From Raillietiella orientalis (lineage: Eukaryota), in assembly GCA_036172245.1 (NCBI GenBank), contig JAYWIR010000024.1:1674001-1738000 (forward strand): a DNA stretch of 64,000 bases, in the 5' to 3' direction. Below the pieces are notes generated by a model. That model did not search any database. It was not told the DNA's origin and saw only the letters and a program-made list of their open reading frames with translations. The stretch's first letter is position 1; the number at the start of each line of letters is the position of its first letter. Of the stretch, positions 24,685 through 36,500 are shown in pieces. A program made the position numbers and the translations under genes.

Positions 24685-25875
24685 CGGGATCGACTGGGGA
24701 CCGCGTTCAAAGGTTGTTCTCATGGGAACCTCCTCCATATCAGACCTTCAGGATCCCACTGAAGCAATTGCTGCTACCACCAAGACCTGCGCCGACGGCG
24801 GCTCCAGGAGAGCTCTCGCTCAAACCCTTCTGCGCTCACCGTCGCGACCCTCCCACTCGCCGGAACCCGAAGCGCCGTCCGGAAGGCAGGAACAGCTCTG
24901 TCCCGGTAGTTGGACTCGACACTTGAGCGCCCCACCCATCTCCAGGGTCAGCTGCTTCGGCAGGTGAGTCGTTGAACACACTCCTTGGAGGATTCCGACT
25001 TCCATGACACCGTCCTGCTCTCCATAACAACCAACACATTTCATAGGATCTGATGAGCGTCGCATCGGGCGCCGTAACCAACGTTTGGGTCATCCCACAG
25101 CTCATGGATCCGACGGTCCGAGCTTCAGCTTTCAAGCAAGCCGGATTTCTCACCCATTTCAAGTTTGAGAATAGGTCGAGGTCATTTCGACCCCAAGGCC
25201 CCAAGGCCTTGAATCATTCGCTTTACCGCTTGAGACTCCGTTCTTTTCCCGCCTCAGCGAGCGCCAGCTATCCCAAGGGAAACTTCTGAGGGAACTAGCA
25301 GCTACCAGATGGTTCGATTCGCATTTCGCCCCTACATCCAGCTCTTGAGATCGATTTGCACGTTCGGATCACGTTTCGGATCGGGACCTCCATCGGAGTT
25401 TCATCCTCTGGCTTCGTCCTGGCCAGGTACGAGTCCATCATCTTTCGGGTCCCAGCGTGCGCGCTACAGGTCCGTTCCGACGGCGATCGAGCGTTACGGA
25501 ACGTCCCGGGAGTGCTCCGCGCTACGTCCGCGAGGGCGACGAACAGGCACTCGCAGGCGGATCTTCCCAGCTTGGCCCGCTCATCCTCCCGGGCGGACCG
25601 AGACACGCGCCAGGACTCCCTGACCGCCAACCGCACCGATCTCCACGCCCCCAGGGAAGGGTAGCGAAAAAAGATCGGCGACGAACGAGGCGGAAAGACG
25701 GAAGCGCCGTCGATGCGACCGCCGTTTTCCCCTCCCGACTGCAACGGGAGGGGAAAACGCGCGGGGCGAGAGGGACCGCCGTCGATGCAGCTCACTTTCA
25801 TTGCGCCTTCGGGTTTCGCCAACTTCCCGAACGACTGGCGCGCATGTGGAACCCCTTGGTCCACGTTCTTCGTAT
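24685..25875 (-). pseudogene. Degenerate 28S rRNA fragment (D3 region and downstream core)
   Basis: Collinear antisense LSU core motifs: ggattccgacttccatg, aagtttgagaatagg, aatcattcgctttacc, gccagctatcc, gatggttcgatt, gatttgcacgt, catctttcgggtcc, ttcattgcgcc. Many substitutions and indels in normally invariant positions. Confidence 0.93.
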
Positions 25876-28559
25876 GTTTGACCCTTCTCCGCGGAGAGGA
25901 GAGAGAGAGAGAGAGAGAGAAGCACTCCAGGTCGCTGCTGGTCATTTCACTCGACCACGTGAGCAAGAGACGCAAGAAAATGAAATGACGGCCCAACGAC
26001 AGCTAAGAGGAGTCTCTAGAGATCTAGAGGATCCAAAGCAGCCATGGGCAACGTTTCGGACCCCATAGAGTTGCACCCTTTGGCAAGCCGGGACGACGCG
26101 GATGCTTGCGAAGCGCGTCACGGATTCCGTCCTTCAAGTCACCCCAGTAACCAACGTCCGCTCCAGATCTTTCCGGAACTTTTCCTCCAGAGGATTTTCC
26201 AAGGTGGTGGGTGGTAGCGAATGTTTCTTTGCCCCGACACACCTCGGCAGGTGTGTCGGGGCGAAGAAACTCAGAAGCACTCAGAAGGACCGTCTGAAGA
26301 AGAGTGGGAGCACGAACGTGGACCTCTGCGGCGGATTCTTCTGGATTTTCAGGATCTCGCGAACGATTCAGGCCTCATCCAGGAATGCTTACGCGGATTC
26401 GAGATCCGCACACGCCCTTCGCGCCAGCCCCCTAGCAACAGGACGCTCCGAAGATATGTGTCACCATGGCGTTCCCTTGTACGAATCGTGTCTGTGGAGA
26501 GCAAAACCAGTGACCACCGTAAGCACGAAATTGGATGATCAATGCAAACGGTGTACATATGTACACGCATGTGTATTCACTTGCAAGTGTTTGCCTGATG
26601 GGAATGCACGCGTTCGTTTGCGTCCACGCAGCATCTTTTGATTCCTTTCTTGACGCACGATGCTTCCGGGTGAGGGGGGAAATTGCCATACTGTGTGGTG
26701 AGCCAAAGATGGTCGGGTGGTCGGCACAGTTCGTAGCATGAGCGGTCAGCTCGACACGCTTTCCCGCGAGCGAGGTTGATAGTGGGTGGGAAGCCTTTCA
26801 AGGGAGCAACTCCCGGATCTATCCTCGACTAGGTCTCCTTGACCAGGCTCGCTCCCATGGATCTCCGTCCTACGAGAGCTGGATGCTCTCGATAGCGGCG
26901 GCCGACACTCCTTTCGTCGCAACGGGACGCACACGACCTGCGGGTCATAGGTCGACTATCATAGGCTTACAGAGATACAAAGGTCCACCCGACCCGCATT
27001 GTATTGGAGTTCAGAGCTGTCGCAGCTTTGAAAGCATTTTGGGAGCGGCTTTTTTCGGTGAACAGCGGTTGTCGTGTACCCCACAGCAGCCATCTCGTGC
27101 TCGATGGTACGGTACGCTGTGATTGCGCTCATGTGATGACAGTTTTTGATAACAAATTCCAAGAGCCTCGTGTCTTCAACAAGGTCTGAGCGACGGTCCA
27201 AGAAACCAACCATTCCTCTATGGAAACTTCGTCGTTAAGGTAGGGAGTGAACGGGCTCTCTTTCCTTGGGTTCGTGGGCCGGAATCGAAGCACAGGTACT
27301 TGACTGTTTGGAGGAACCAAGAGGGAGGGGGAATAGGTGTTGTTGCTGCTTTGATCAGAAGTCCCTCATCTGGTTCTTCACTTTCGCCCAGAGGCAACGG
27401 AAACGATTTGGGGTGCATAAATTGGGGCTCTGTTTTCCCCAGATCGCCAGGGGTTGAATTGTCAGATGTTCAGCAGAGTGGAACAATAATGGGTGCTGGA
27501 AAAAGTGCCCTTGTAGACGAGTGTTTCGTATGACCGAACGAGAGAATCCAAGCCAGACTCCCAGGAACCAGAGCTTGATCTCACAAGGCATGCGCTATCC
27601 AGCTCGGGGAAAGGCATCTTTCCCGAGGTGCTCTTCCCTGATGACATCAATGGCCTCAGAAGATAGCGCTACGCAAAGTCTCACATGAGTCCACATTCGC
27701 GTTGAACAGTTATGAGTAAGAGATGACGACTAAGGGAAATGAAGGGAAATACAAGAGGGAAATTCGAGGGACTCCCCAGGGAGGGAGCCTGGCACTCGAA
27801 CCTGTTGCCCGCAGTCACGAAAGCAAGGATGGCAACCAGTAGCCTGCAGGAAGGGAAACTAACAAGTAGAAGAAAAAACAGCAGAAAAGCACGAGGAAGG
27901 GCAGCAAACGAGCAGGAGGAAGGGGAGCAAACAGACTTCTGTAAACGAAGGATTCCTACGCAACACTTGGGGTTCTGGAAGAGGGCAGGAGCCGTCGACT
28001 CGAAGGTCGGCTGCGTTGAACACCAGCGACGGTTAGGGGGAGGAGCCAGAAAGCAAAAGAAAGGAACTAACGGAGAAGGGGACAGGGCAGGAAAGGGATC
28101 ACCGGCTAGCCAAGGAGAGAAGGAAACTGCCCTCGGAAGGTGCCCGCGCTTCCCTTCCCTCCTTGTTTCAGACGGGGCCACCTCGCCACGCGGGGGAGGC
28201 AGAGGACACAGCCTCCGTCACCGTTGGCACAGCTCCGTGGGGATGCACTCCTTTGGTACGGCAGCGAGGACGCGCGTCTCGCAGGTTGCCCCGGCGACAG
28301 GAGGGCACTGCCGCCTGAAGAAGGGGCACGGAGCTCTCCGGAAGGGGAGGAAGAAGCCACCGGTCGTTCCGTAGGGGCGTGCGGACGATCCCTCGAGAGA
28401 GCGAGGACGCGAGACCGTGGCCAGGGGAAGGGGAAGATTAAAAACGTGGGCAATCAAGATATGGGCGTTCAGGGACGTCACACGCCCCAGGACCTTTCTT
28501 CATACACCCGCGAGCGAAGGATCGGGAGGTGCTGCTGTGCGCTCTCCTCTGGTCCCGCT

Positions 28560-29700
28560 TGGTATGTAGACGTCTGCCTGCCGGCGGAAGGTGGCTGCAA
28601 TTCGGTGGCACGTGGGAGACGCGCAGCTCTGCGCGTTGCAGCGCATTCTCTCGGACGCTAAATCCCCCCGCATCCCGCTCTCGCTGGAGGCATCAGACAG
28701 GCATCCCGACGGTCCGGCGGACCGAGTCGACGGAGACGAGACGGGAAGCATCGGCGGCCCGCAACGAGCCATCCGAGCCGCCGCGCGCTCTGGAGCACCA
28801 CCACGCCTCGATGCTTGCCCATCCCACGTCGGAACGACCGGGGATCCGCAGCAAAGGGGGAGCCGAAAAAACCATCCACCGGCTCCCTTCCAGGAGCGCC
28901 CGCGGCCGCCTGCACTACCGCCGCAAGGTCGTCGCCTGCGGCACCGCCCAGCTGCCCCGCAGGCGGCTGAGGCCTTCGCGGAGCCGTCCGTCGAGACAGA
29001 GGTCGCGGCACCAAGACCTCCTTCCTTCCGCGCTCAGGTGGCATCCCACCCTTCCAGTGCCCCAGAACGGGAGCACGCCGGCGCTTTACCCTCCTTCCAC
29101 CCCCCGTCTGTGGAGCCTCCGAGGGCCGCTGCTGCGTCCCTGAGGGGACAGACGGCGATCTCTGGTCCCTCTCCATGGGGCGCCAGTCTGGGGTGGGGCG
29201 TCGAGTCGACTCCAGGAGCGGACCGGCTGTGGAGGGTCCGCACCAACCGAGACCGGGGGCCCTTCTGTGCCACCTCTCCCTCCCTCACTCGTCGCTTGCC
29301 TGCTCCCGGCGGGCACGCGCCCGCTGTCCCGTCCCTCAGTCGATGGCCGACCGGAGCCCTCGCGTGAATCCTCCGGGAAGCGGACTGCTGGAGCGGCAAA
29401 CCGGAGCGGCACAGACGAAGTTTCGGGATCGCTTGTACCCCTCTGTGAGATCGGCCCCCTCGGGGTGTCCCGTCACGCAGCCGGGGGCACGGCTGACCGC
29501 GTCAGGGAGCACCCGGGCCAGTCCGGGGCGTCGAACACATTTGAGGGCTGCTACAGTGCTTCCGAGCGGCTCCCTGGTCAAACTGCAGCAGGTCTTCACA
29601 TCTTCCACGGGCGAGACCGGAGCTTCCCGTGCCGGGTCAGGCAGCCTCCACGAGGAGGGGGTCCGCAGCCTCCGCGGGAGGCGCCAGCAGGAGGAGCGTC
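28560..29700 (-). mobile_element. Eroded LINE reverse-transcriptase remnant
   Basis: 'REPLGSTVAALKC...PEGADLTEGYK' and 'RPLS...QAAAGAPGREPVD' resemble the RT N-terminal (PGPDG..EFYK; RPIS; PGR...D) blocks. Confidence 0.35.
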
Positions 29701-30441
29701 ATCCAAGGGACGCGGCGCCGTTCTCTGGTTGCGCTCCCTGTAGCACCGCAAAAACCTCTTCGGCTGAGGCGTGGACCCGGAGGAAGGGAGCACGGAAAGG
29801 TGGACAGGGAGGTGCCGCGACCTGGCGCGGAACGCCATCCGCTCTTGTGGGAAAGACCGCCGTCGTCCTGTCGCGGGTCTCCATCCTCCTCCCCTCCTTC
29901 TTCGAGGAGGGGAGGGGAGGGGAGGGCTTATTTCCCTGGCCTGACTTTACCGCGCAGCGCCGGGATGCCGGAGGGGACTTCCGGTGACTCTTTCCTTCCC
30001 TCGGGGGCGAGAAGGCGGGAGCCATGGTTCCCGGAAGGGAGATGGGCGTCAGCTCTGCCCACCGCATCCACGTGCGAACTTCCCCTCTCCCTCTTCGCCC
30101 CGAGGACCGTCGGCGAGCGTGACGCGCGTCTCTACGGAAGGTGGGAGTCCCCCATCAATCACGCCAGGAGCAGGTGGTCCAGGAGAAGCGCTCGGCTGCG
30201 CAGGAGCCCCAAGGCGGCGACCGCGTATCCGGCGCAGGAGGCCGGATGCGCCCCCGCGCCGCGCCACGATCAGAGGCGATAGGGAAGACAAAGGGCCTTG
30301 CCGAAGGGGCGCGCTCCGCGAGAGAGCAGAGCCGAGGAGCGCACCGCGCGCGCGCGCGCCAGTGCGAGGCGCACGCCTCGGGTGCACCCACCGTCGGGCG
30401 CTGGCCGTCGTAAGAAGAAATTCGGAAGACCCGCGCCGGAG

Positions 30442-30534
30442 ATGACCAAGAGGCTCCCCGGCGGAGGAGGCGCTCCGGAGCTGGCGCCAGGCACCGGTGG
30501 CACCTGCAAGCTCGTGGCCGTGGAGTTCGTCGAC
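30442..30534 (+). CDS. SH2D5: Exon 1 (MTKRLPGG...KLVAVEFVD)
   Basis: ATG downstream of a CpG-rich tract, perfect GTAAGT donor, phase 0, position matches the start of the PTB domain. Confidence 0.7.
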
Positions 30535-33500
30535 GTAAGTACTGACCGTCCCCGCCCGCGGTCGCTTCCGCTGAGTCCGCGTTCCCGAAATGGGGGAGGA
30601 GGCCACGTCCTCAGGCTTGCCCGTTCGACTTTTCCTCCCAGGTCCTCGGGGAACTTTCGCATCTCCCCGCGTTGCCGGGGGGACGTGTGGGCGGGGGCGG
30701 CGATTCCGTCGCACAGGAAGATTTCGGGTGGAACGGGAACCGGGCAGTCATTCCAACCCCCGCCGGTCCAGAGGCTGCGCGTCCGCGCCTCCCTGGAGGA
30801 GCCCGAGCAAGCGCAAAGGCGCGTTTCTTGCTTGTATTCCCTCCCCGGTGGGCCCTTGGAGGGGTGCCACGGAGCGCCGCCTTGCGGTTCCTCTTCCCAC
30901 TCGACCTTTCCCTTGAGTTGCCGGAGACGATTTTCGCGAGATGTCGGGGGATGCTGCTGCGCAGCGACACGCTTCCCGATCCCCCCGACGAGCGGGCGGT
31001 GACCCTCGAATCCACCCGGTTTTGGGATTCGAGCGAAGCTGAACGGTTCGGTCGCTGTCCGCTTTTCCCGTCCACTCATGGGAGACTTCTGACGAGCTCA
31101 GATCTTCCGAACCGGTTCCCCGGCAATGCATTCCAAGGTGGCCAGACCTCAGACCCTTCTTCTCAGAGCCATGTCCTCCAATGCAAAAACGACAGCTGGG
31201 AGAATGTTAGCAGAGCACCTGAGAGGATGGTTGATCTTCGTGGAGCCAAAGGCAGAAACCTATAGGCCACATTGGGTTGGGTAGGGTACGTCGGCCTAAG
31301 TTCCTTCGGATAGAATAGCTTTGGTTAGGTAAAACAGACTACGTTAGGTCAAGTGAGGATTAGTTAGGTAGGTTAGAGGGGTAGGTTAGGTTAGGTAGGT
31401 TCTGTTCTGTTCCGTCAGGTAGGTTGTGCTAGTTTCGGGTCGATGGTAGGTGAGGCTAGATTGACTTAGTTAGGGCAACTAGTTTAGGGTTGGTTGTAGG
31501 TAAGGTTAGGTTGGTTTGGTTTAAGGTCGGTAGTAAGTGGGGTAGGGTTGGGTTAGGTAGTTTGAGTTGGCAGTAGGTGAAGTTAGGTGGGCTGCGTTCT
31601 ATTAGCCTATGTAGGTGGTGCTTGAGTTGGTGTTTTGTCTCGTGTTCTCCTTCGAACCTTTGATAGCGTTTCGAGGTTGATCCTGAGGCTGCGAACCGCG
31701 AATTTTCTTCAGGCACAGGTTCCTCGTGAGTGGATGTTTTTTGAGCCTCTGGATGTAGATGGAAGTACCTTGGTAACTGAGTGTGGAGGTGCATCGCTGC
31801 CAGCACCACGCACTCTGGATAGTCTATCGACCGAGAGAATGCTACGTGCTCCTCGGACGACGCCCGTTTGGCGCTCAGAGACCTCCAATCTGGTATCTCC
31901 CATCTTATCGGACGGTTTCCAGGGATTTCGTTTCCCGGATGCTCGCAAGCAGGCTGCGAGCAGCGCACTTGCAGAAGAGGGAAGCTGTTCGTGTGCACCC
32001 CGCCGACAGTGGCTCAGGGCCGTCGAGAAGAATTCCACCGGACCGGAATAGTCGTCGCAAAGCCGTTTCCAAGCCCGCAGAATCCCTGCGACGAAATTCC
32101 GTCGAGCTGATGGCTCGAGTTCCCGCCTCTTCCGAGCCTCGAGGTCAACTCTGACTTCTTGGAGCTGGGAATGGGCCAGAGGACACGCCGATCCCGTCGT
32201 CGTATCTGGGCGAAATCCAAGAAGCCACCGAACCGATGTAGCAGGAGGAGCTCGGACAGTGCGACCTTGCTATTAATGGTCACTTGGTCCCGGGGACAGA
32301 AATGCACGAGCCTTTCCGCTCCGAGAGTTTCCTTCCGTTAGGGAGTTTCGTGCGCTCCCCTTTCATAAAATCGGCGCGTGCCTTTCGTACCTTTCAGAGG
32401 CGTCACCACCGACATTGCGCTTCTTGTCAGTGAAGGCGGCCCATTGCCTAAATAAATGATTCATCGATGTGGAATTTCGAGATGGATTGTGGCCATTTGT
32501 GTCGGAAGCACATTGAGATTTCACGCAGTCTAAAACACACAAGTGAAAAGTGGCAAAAATCTTCAATGGCCGTCACTCAAGCATGGAAACGGACTCGAGC
32601 ATTGCTCCTACGAACATGCAGCGCACAGCATGAGTCTGTAAAGGGTGCCTCAAGTGTTTGCTCAGCATCCTCGGTGCTTTGTTGAATTTTTTTTTTTTTT
32701 GATTTGCCAAGTGCCGAAGAACCGTTCGCATCCGTAGGGAGGACCCACGAAACTCTTCTTTAGCACTGTCCACATCACCCGAGAGAGAGTGCAACACTTC
32801 AAGTTAGGGAGTGACCCTGTAGGGAAGCCCTGTGAGTCCTGGAAAGCTCCGGAAGGGAGTCCGTTCTTGGGGTTACTCTTGGCAGGGGACCCTCACCCTT
32901 ATTCTTTCCAGAAGGACCCCCGGTTTGCGGTGCCACTCCTCATTTCTTCCCCGTAGGGAATTCGGAAAGGATCCGCTCCCGGCATTTCTTCTTCTCCCGT
33001 GTCAACCTCCGGAAAGGATCTGCTCCCTCTTTCCTCCTCTGAAAAGAATCCCGAAGAGACGCTTCCCGAAGGAGTGGTGCTCCTCTTAACACTTCTTAAC
33101 GCTTAACACTCTAAAGAGGCAACATCCTAGGGGGGCATCAACCAGCTGCATGGTGCGCAGTGGAGGATCCCCTTCGAAGGGGGGACGCGCTGCTTGGAAT
33201 CGATTCCACAATGCGCCTACGCGCGCAGGGGGCGCAGAATTCCAGACCCCGCAGCCTCGGTGAACGAACGTCCCTCATTGGTACGGTGTTCCTGGCACGC
33301 TGGAGGTCTTCCCGAACGCAAAGCCGCCAGACGAGTCATTGTCCGCAGGGTGGCGCCCAAGCAAGCCACTGCCACTCTTCCTCCAAAAACCAGGCTGCAG
33401 ATAATGCCGACCGACAATCTGACGTCAAGGGACATCGCGGCCTAACTCGAACGTTCCTCTGCCATGTTTTTTTTTTTTTTTGAAGGGGGGCCTTTGCGAA

Positions 33501-36500
33501 TGGGCACTTCCGCAGACGAAAAGCAGGAAGATGCACTCTCGCAACTGTCGTGATGGGGAATAAAAATGGCCAGGGAACCTGGCGATCCCAACTGCAACTG
33601 TAAAACAATTGCGAAGATGCGACATCTGGCGCTGTGCCCCCTGATTTGCAGCTGGTGCCTCAACAGCGCACGCACCGCGATAAACATCGGGTCTCAAAGA
33701 CCGGCGGAGCCGCGTCGATTTATGGCCACGCGGAGCAGATGACCAGTATCCGTGTGGAGACGTCCAACTCTTTCCGAGAACGCGTGCCCATCGTCCATCA
33801 GAGCTTCGAGTTCATCGATAAAATCCTGCCCGGCGGAAAGAGCGACGGATTCCGCGAATCCCGAGGCGAGATCCCACCCGAAGAGAGAGCTGCCCGGTGG
33901 AGCTGACCGGCCCTCCGCTGCGAGCCCCCCGGCTCGGTCGTGTCGCTTGAGTCCCTTCCATCCCACCGGCTCCGTGGATCCCGTCTCACGGATGCGAGGA
34001 CAAGCCAAGCGTTACCGCCTGCGCCGGGGAGCCGCCGAGCCTCCGCGAGTGATCCCCACGCAGGACCTTCGGGCGGCAGAGAAGAAAGAACCCGAGTGAG
34101 TGCATCCCTGTTCCTTCCTCTTCGTTCTCCTCTGCTTGACGATCGGTAGCCGCAAGCGCTCGAACGGCTCCGTGGAAACACCCAGAACTCCCGATGGTCG
34201 TCTCCGACAAACCACAGCGGGCATTTCATGTTGGAACCCCAATGGTCAGCCCCGCAATCGATCTCCAAGATCGGCAACCTTTTATCTCAATGCGGATGCT
34301 GGTCTTCTGCTCTGCGTGGCAATAAATCAACAAGGCCACGCTGCCTCCACGTCGTCTAAGAGAGAGAGAGGACCGCGTTGGAGGCCGCGTGGCTGCAGTC
34401 TCCGTGCGTGGCACCGAGCGTCGCGGGTTCGAATCCCCGCGTGGAGGATCGACGCCAGAGAAATGGGTGCGTCGGTGGGTCTCGATTCCCCCCCGCAGGA
34501 TGACTCTGATTGGCCGACAAGCTTCGGATGCAGTACTGGTGGAAGCCGGATGCCACCGCTGACCGGCCAGGTTTGGAAGTTGACCCCCTGAGGTCCTTCC
34601 AAAAATCTGGAAGCCGTCCCCCCTTCGAAGGGGACCCTCTACCGTGCACCCTGCAGCTGGTTGATGCCTCCCTAGGATGTTGCCTCTTTAGAGTGTTAAG
34701 TGTTAAGAAGTGTTAAGAAGAGCGCCACTCCTTCGGGAAGCGTCTCTTCGGGATTCTTTTCAGAGGAGGAAAGAGGGAGCAGATCTTTTCCGGAGGTTGA
34801 CACGGGAGAAGAAGACATGCCGGGAGTGGATCCTTTCCGAATTCCCTACGGGGAAGAAATGAGGAGTGGCACCGCAAACCGGGGGTCCTTCTGGAAAGAA
34901 TAAGGGTGAGGGTCCCCTGCCAAGAGTAACCCCAAGAACGGACTTCCTTCCGGAGCCTTCCAGAACTCACAGGGCTTCCCTACGGGATCACTCCCTAACT
35001 TGAAGAGTTGCACGCTCTCTCGGATGGTGTGGACGGTGCTAAAGAAGAGTTTCGTGGGCCCTTCCTACGGAGGCGAACGCTTCTTCGGCACTTGGCGAAT
35101 CCAAAAAAAACAAGTGTGCATGGATGTACCTCTGGATCCTTGCGAGCTGTGTGACTGAGGATTCCAACGTTGCCGGGGGCACCAGCACCGTGGCTGCCCC
35201 CACGCGCGACCGTGAGGAGGCGCAGCCGCAGTGCAGCCTCCCGTGAGCCGGTGCGGCGTTCCTGCGAACCAGCTCGAGTGAGCGGTGCCTCGCCCCCCTT
35301 AGCGATCCGCCCCGCAGGTTCCCCGCAGCCCCCGTTGCGTCGCACGGCAGGACCCACCTCACCCCATCCCCCTTCCCGGAATGCTTTCAAGGAAACTTCG
35401 TCCTCCCCTTCTTTCCCTCGCCAGGAGGGAACCTTTCAGCGCGATCGATCGCTCCCTCTAAGATGTCGCGGGAAACCGCGGTGCGGCGGGGCTTCGCTTC
35501 GGGATGGACGGCGGTGGAGATCCCAGGTCAGCTGCTCGTCGGCCTAGGAGAGCGTCCGGCGCCACTTCCGCGGGTTGACACCGAAGAAGATTTATGGAGG
35601 GATGCGCCACCGCGTCTGCTGTGCGATCCACGGTCGGTTTGACCCGCGTCCAGGTTCCAGCTTTTCCGGGAAGGGAGATACGGTCGTTCGTGCCCACGCA
35701 AACGAGCGATGTGCCCCGCGGTCCCTGGCGCATGAAGACTATGAGCTTCTGCAGAAGGGCTCGCTTCCGGAAGGGGGCCTGCGTGTGCTGGCAACATTGC
35801 GCTGGGGAACGTCCTCCGGGGTCTCTGGAAAGCCGGTTGTCGGAAAGTAACGGGAGGAGCCCAGGTTCGGGGAGTCTTTGAGCCAGCCTCCTCTTCTGAG
35901 CCCTAGGGACAGCTCTCTCCGACCTAGCGGTCGGTCCTCCAGCTGACCCGAACGCGGCTTGTTACCGGACGTACATCGGGGAGAATTTCCTGGAGCTGAG
36001 GTGCCGAGGACCCGAACGGCCGTTGCGCGTGGACCAAGCGCTGCGATCACCTCTCCCTGATGGATTTCCTGGAGGGAGGAAGACCCTTCGTCAGCGCGCT
36101 GCCATTCCCGAGCGCGGTTCCCTCGAAGAGCCCACGATCGCTCGAGAAGGAGACCTCCAGGGTCTCCCCTCCCGACTCGAGACCGTTTCCCTGTCGGGGA
36201 ACGCCCGAAGCAACGTAACAAACGCCCGGTAGCTGCAGCGAAGCCTCCCACGCTCTCAGGTGGTCCTGACGGGAAGGCCACCGCCTCGTGACCACCACCG
36301 GTGGATTCCCGCGAACGCGACGTCCCATGAGCGGAGGAGACGGGGATGCGCTCGAGACTGGCTGGTTGTGCTTCCATCTGTGGGAAGGGAATGCAAGTAG
36401 AAGCACGTCAGAGCCGGAGGAGAGAGGGGGACGCAGGGATTTGCCTCCCTTCCTCCCGACCCAGCCGACGGCCGGGAACAGGAGGCTGAATGGGTGCCAC

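Noticed and set aside
24685..25875. Functional rRNA gene or R1/R2 insertion context
   Set aside because: Fragmentary with indels in invariant core, no 18S/5.8S nearby, and neighbouring LINEs are not inserted in it.
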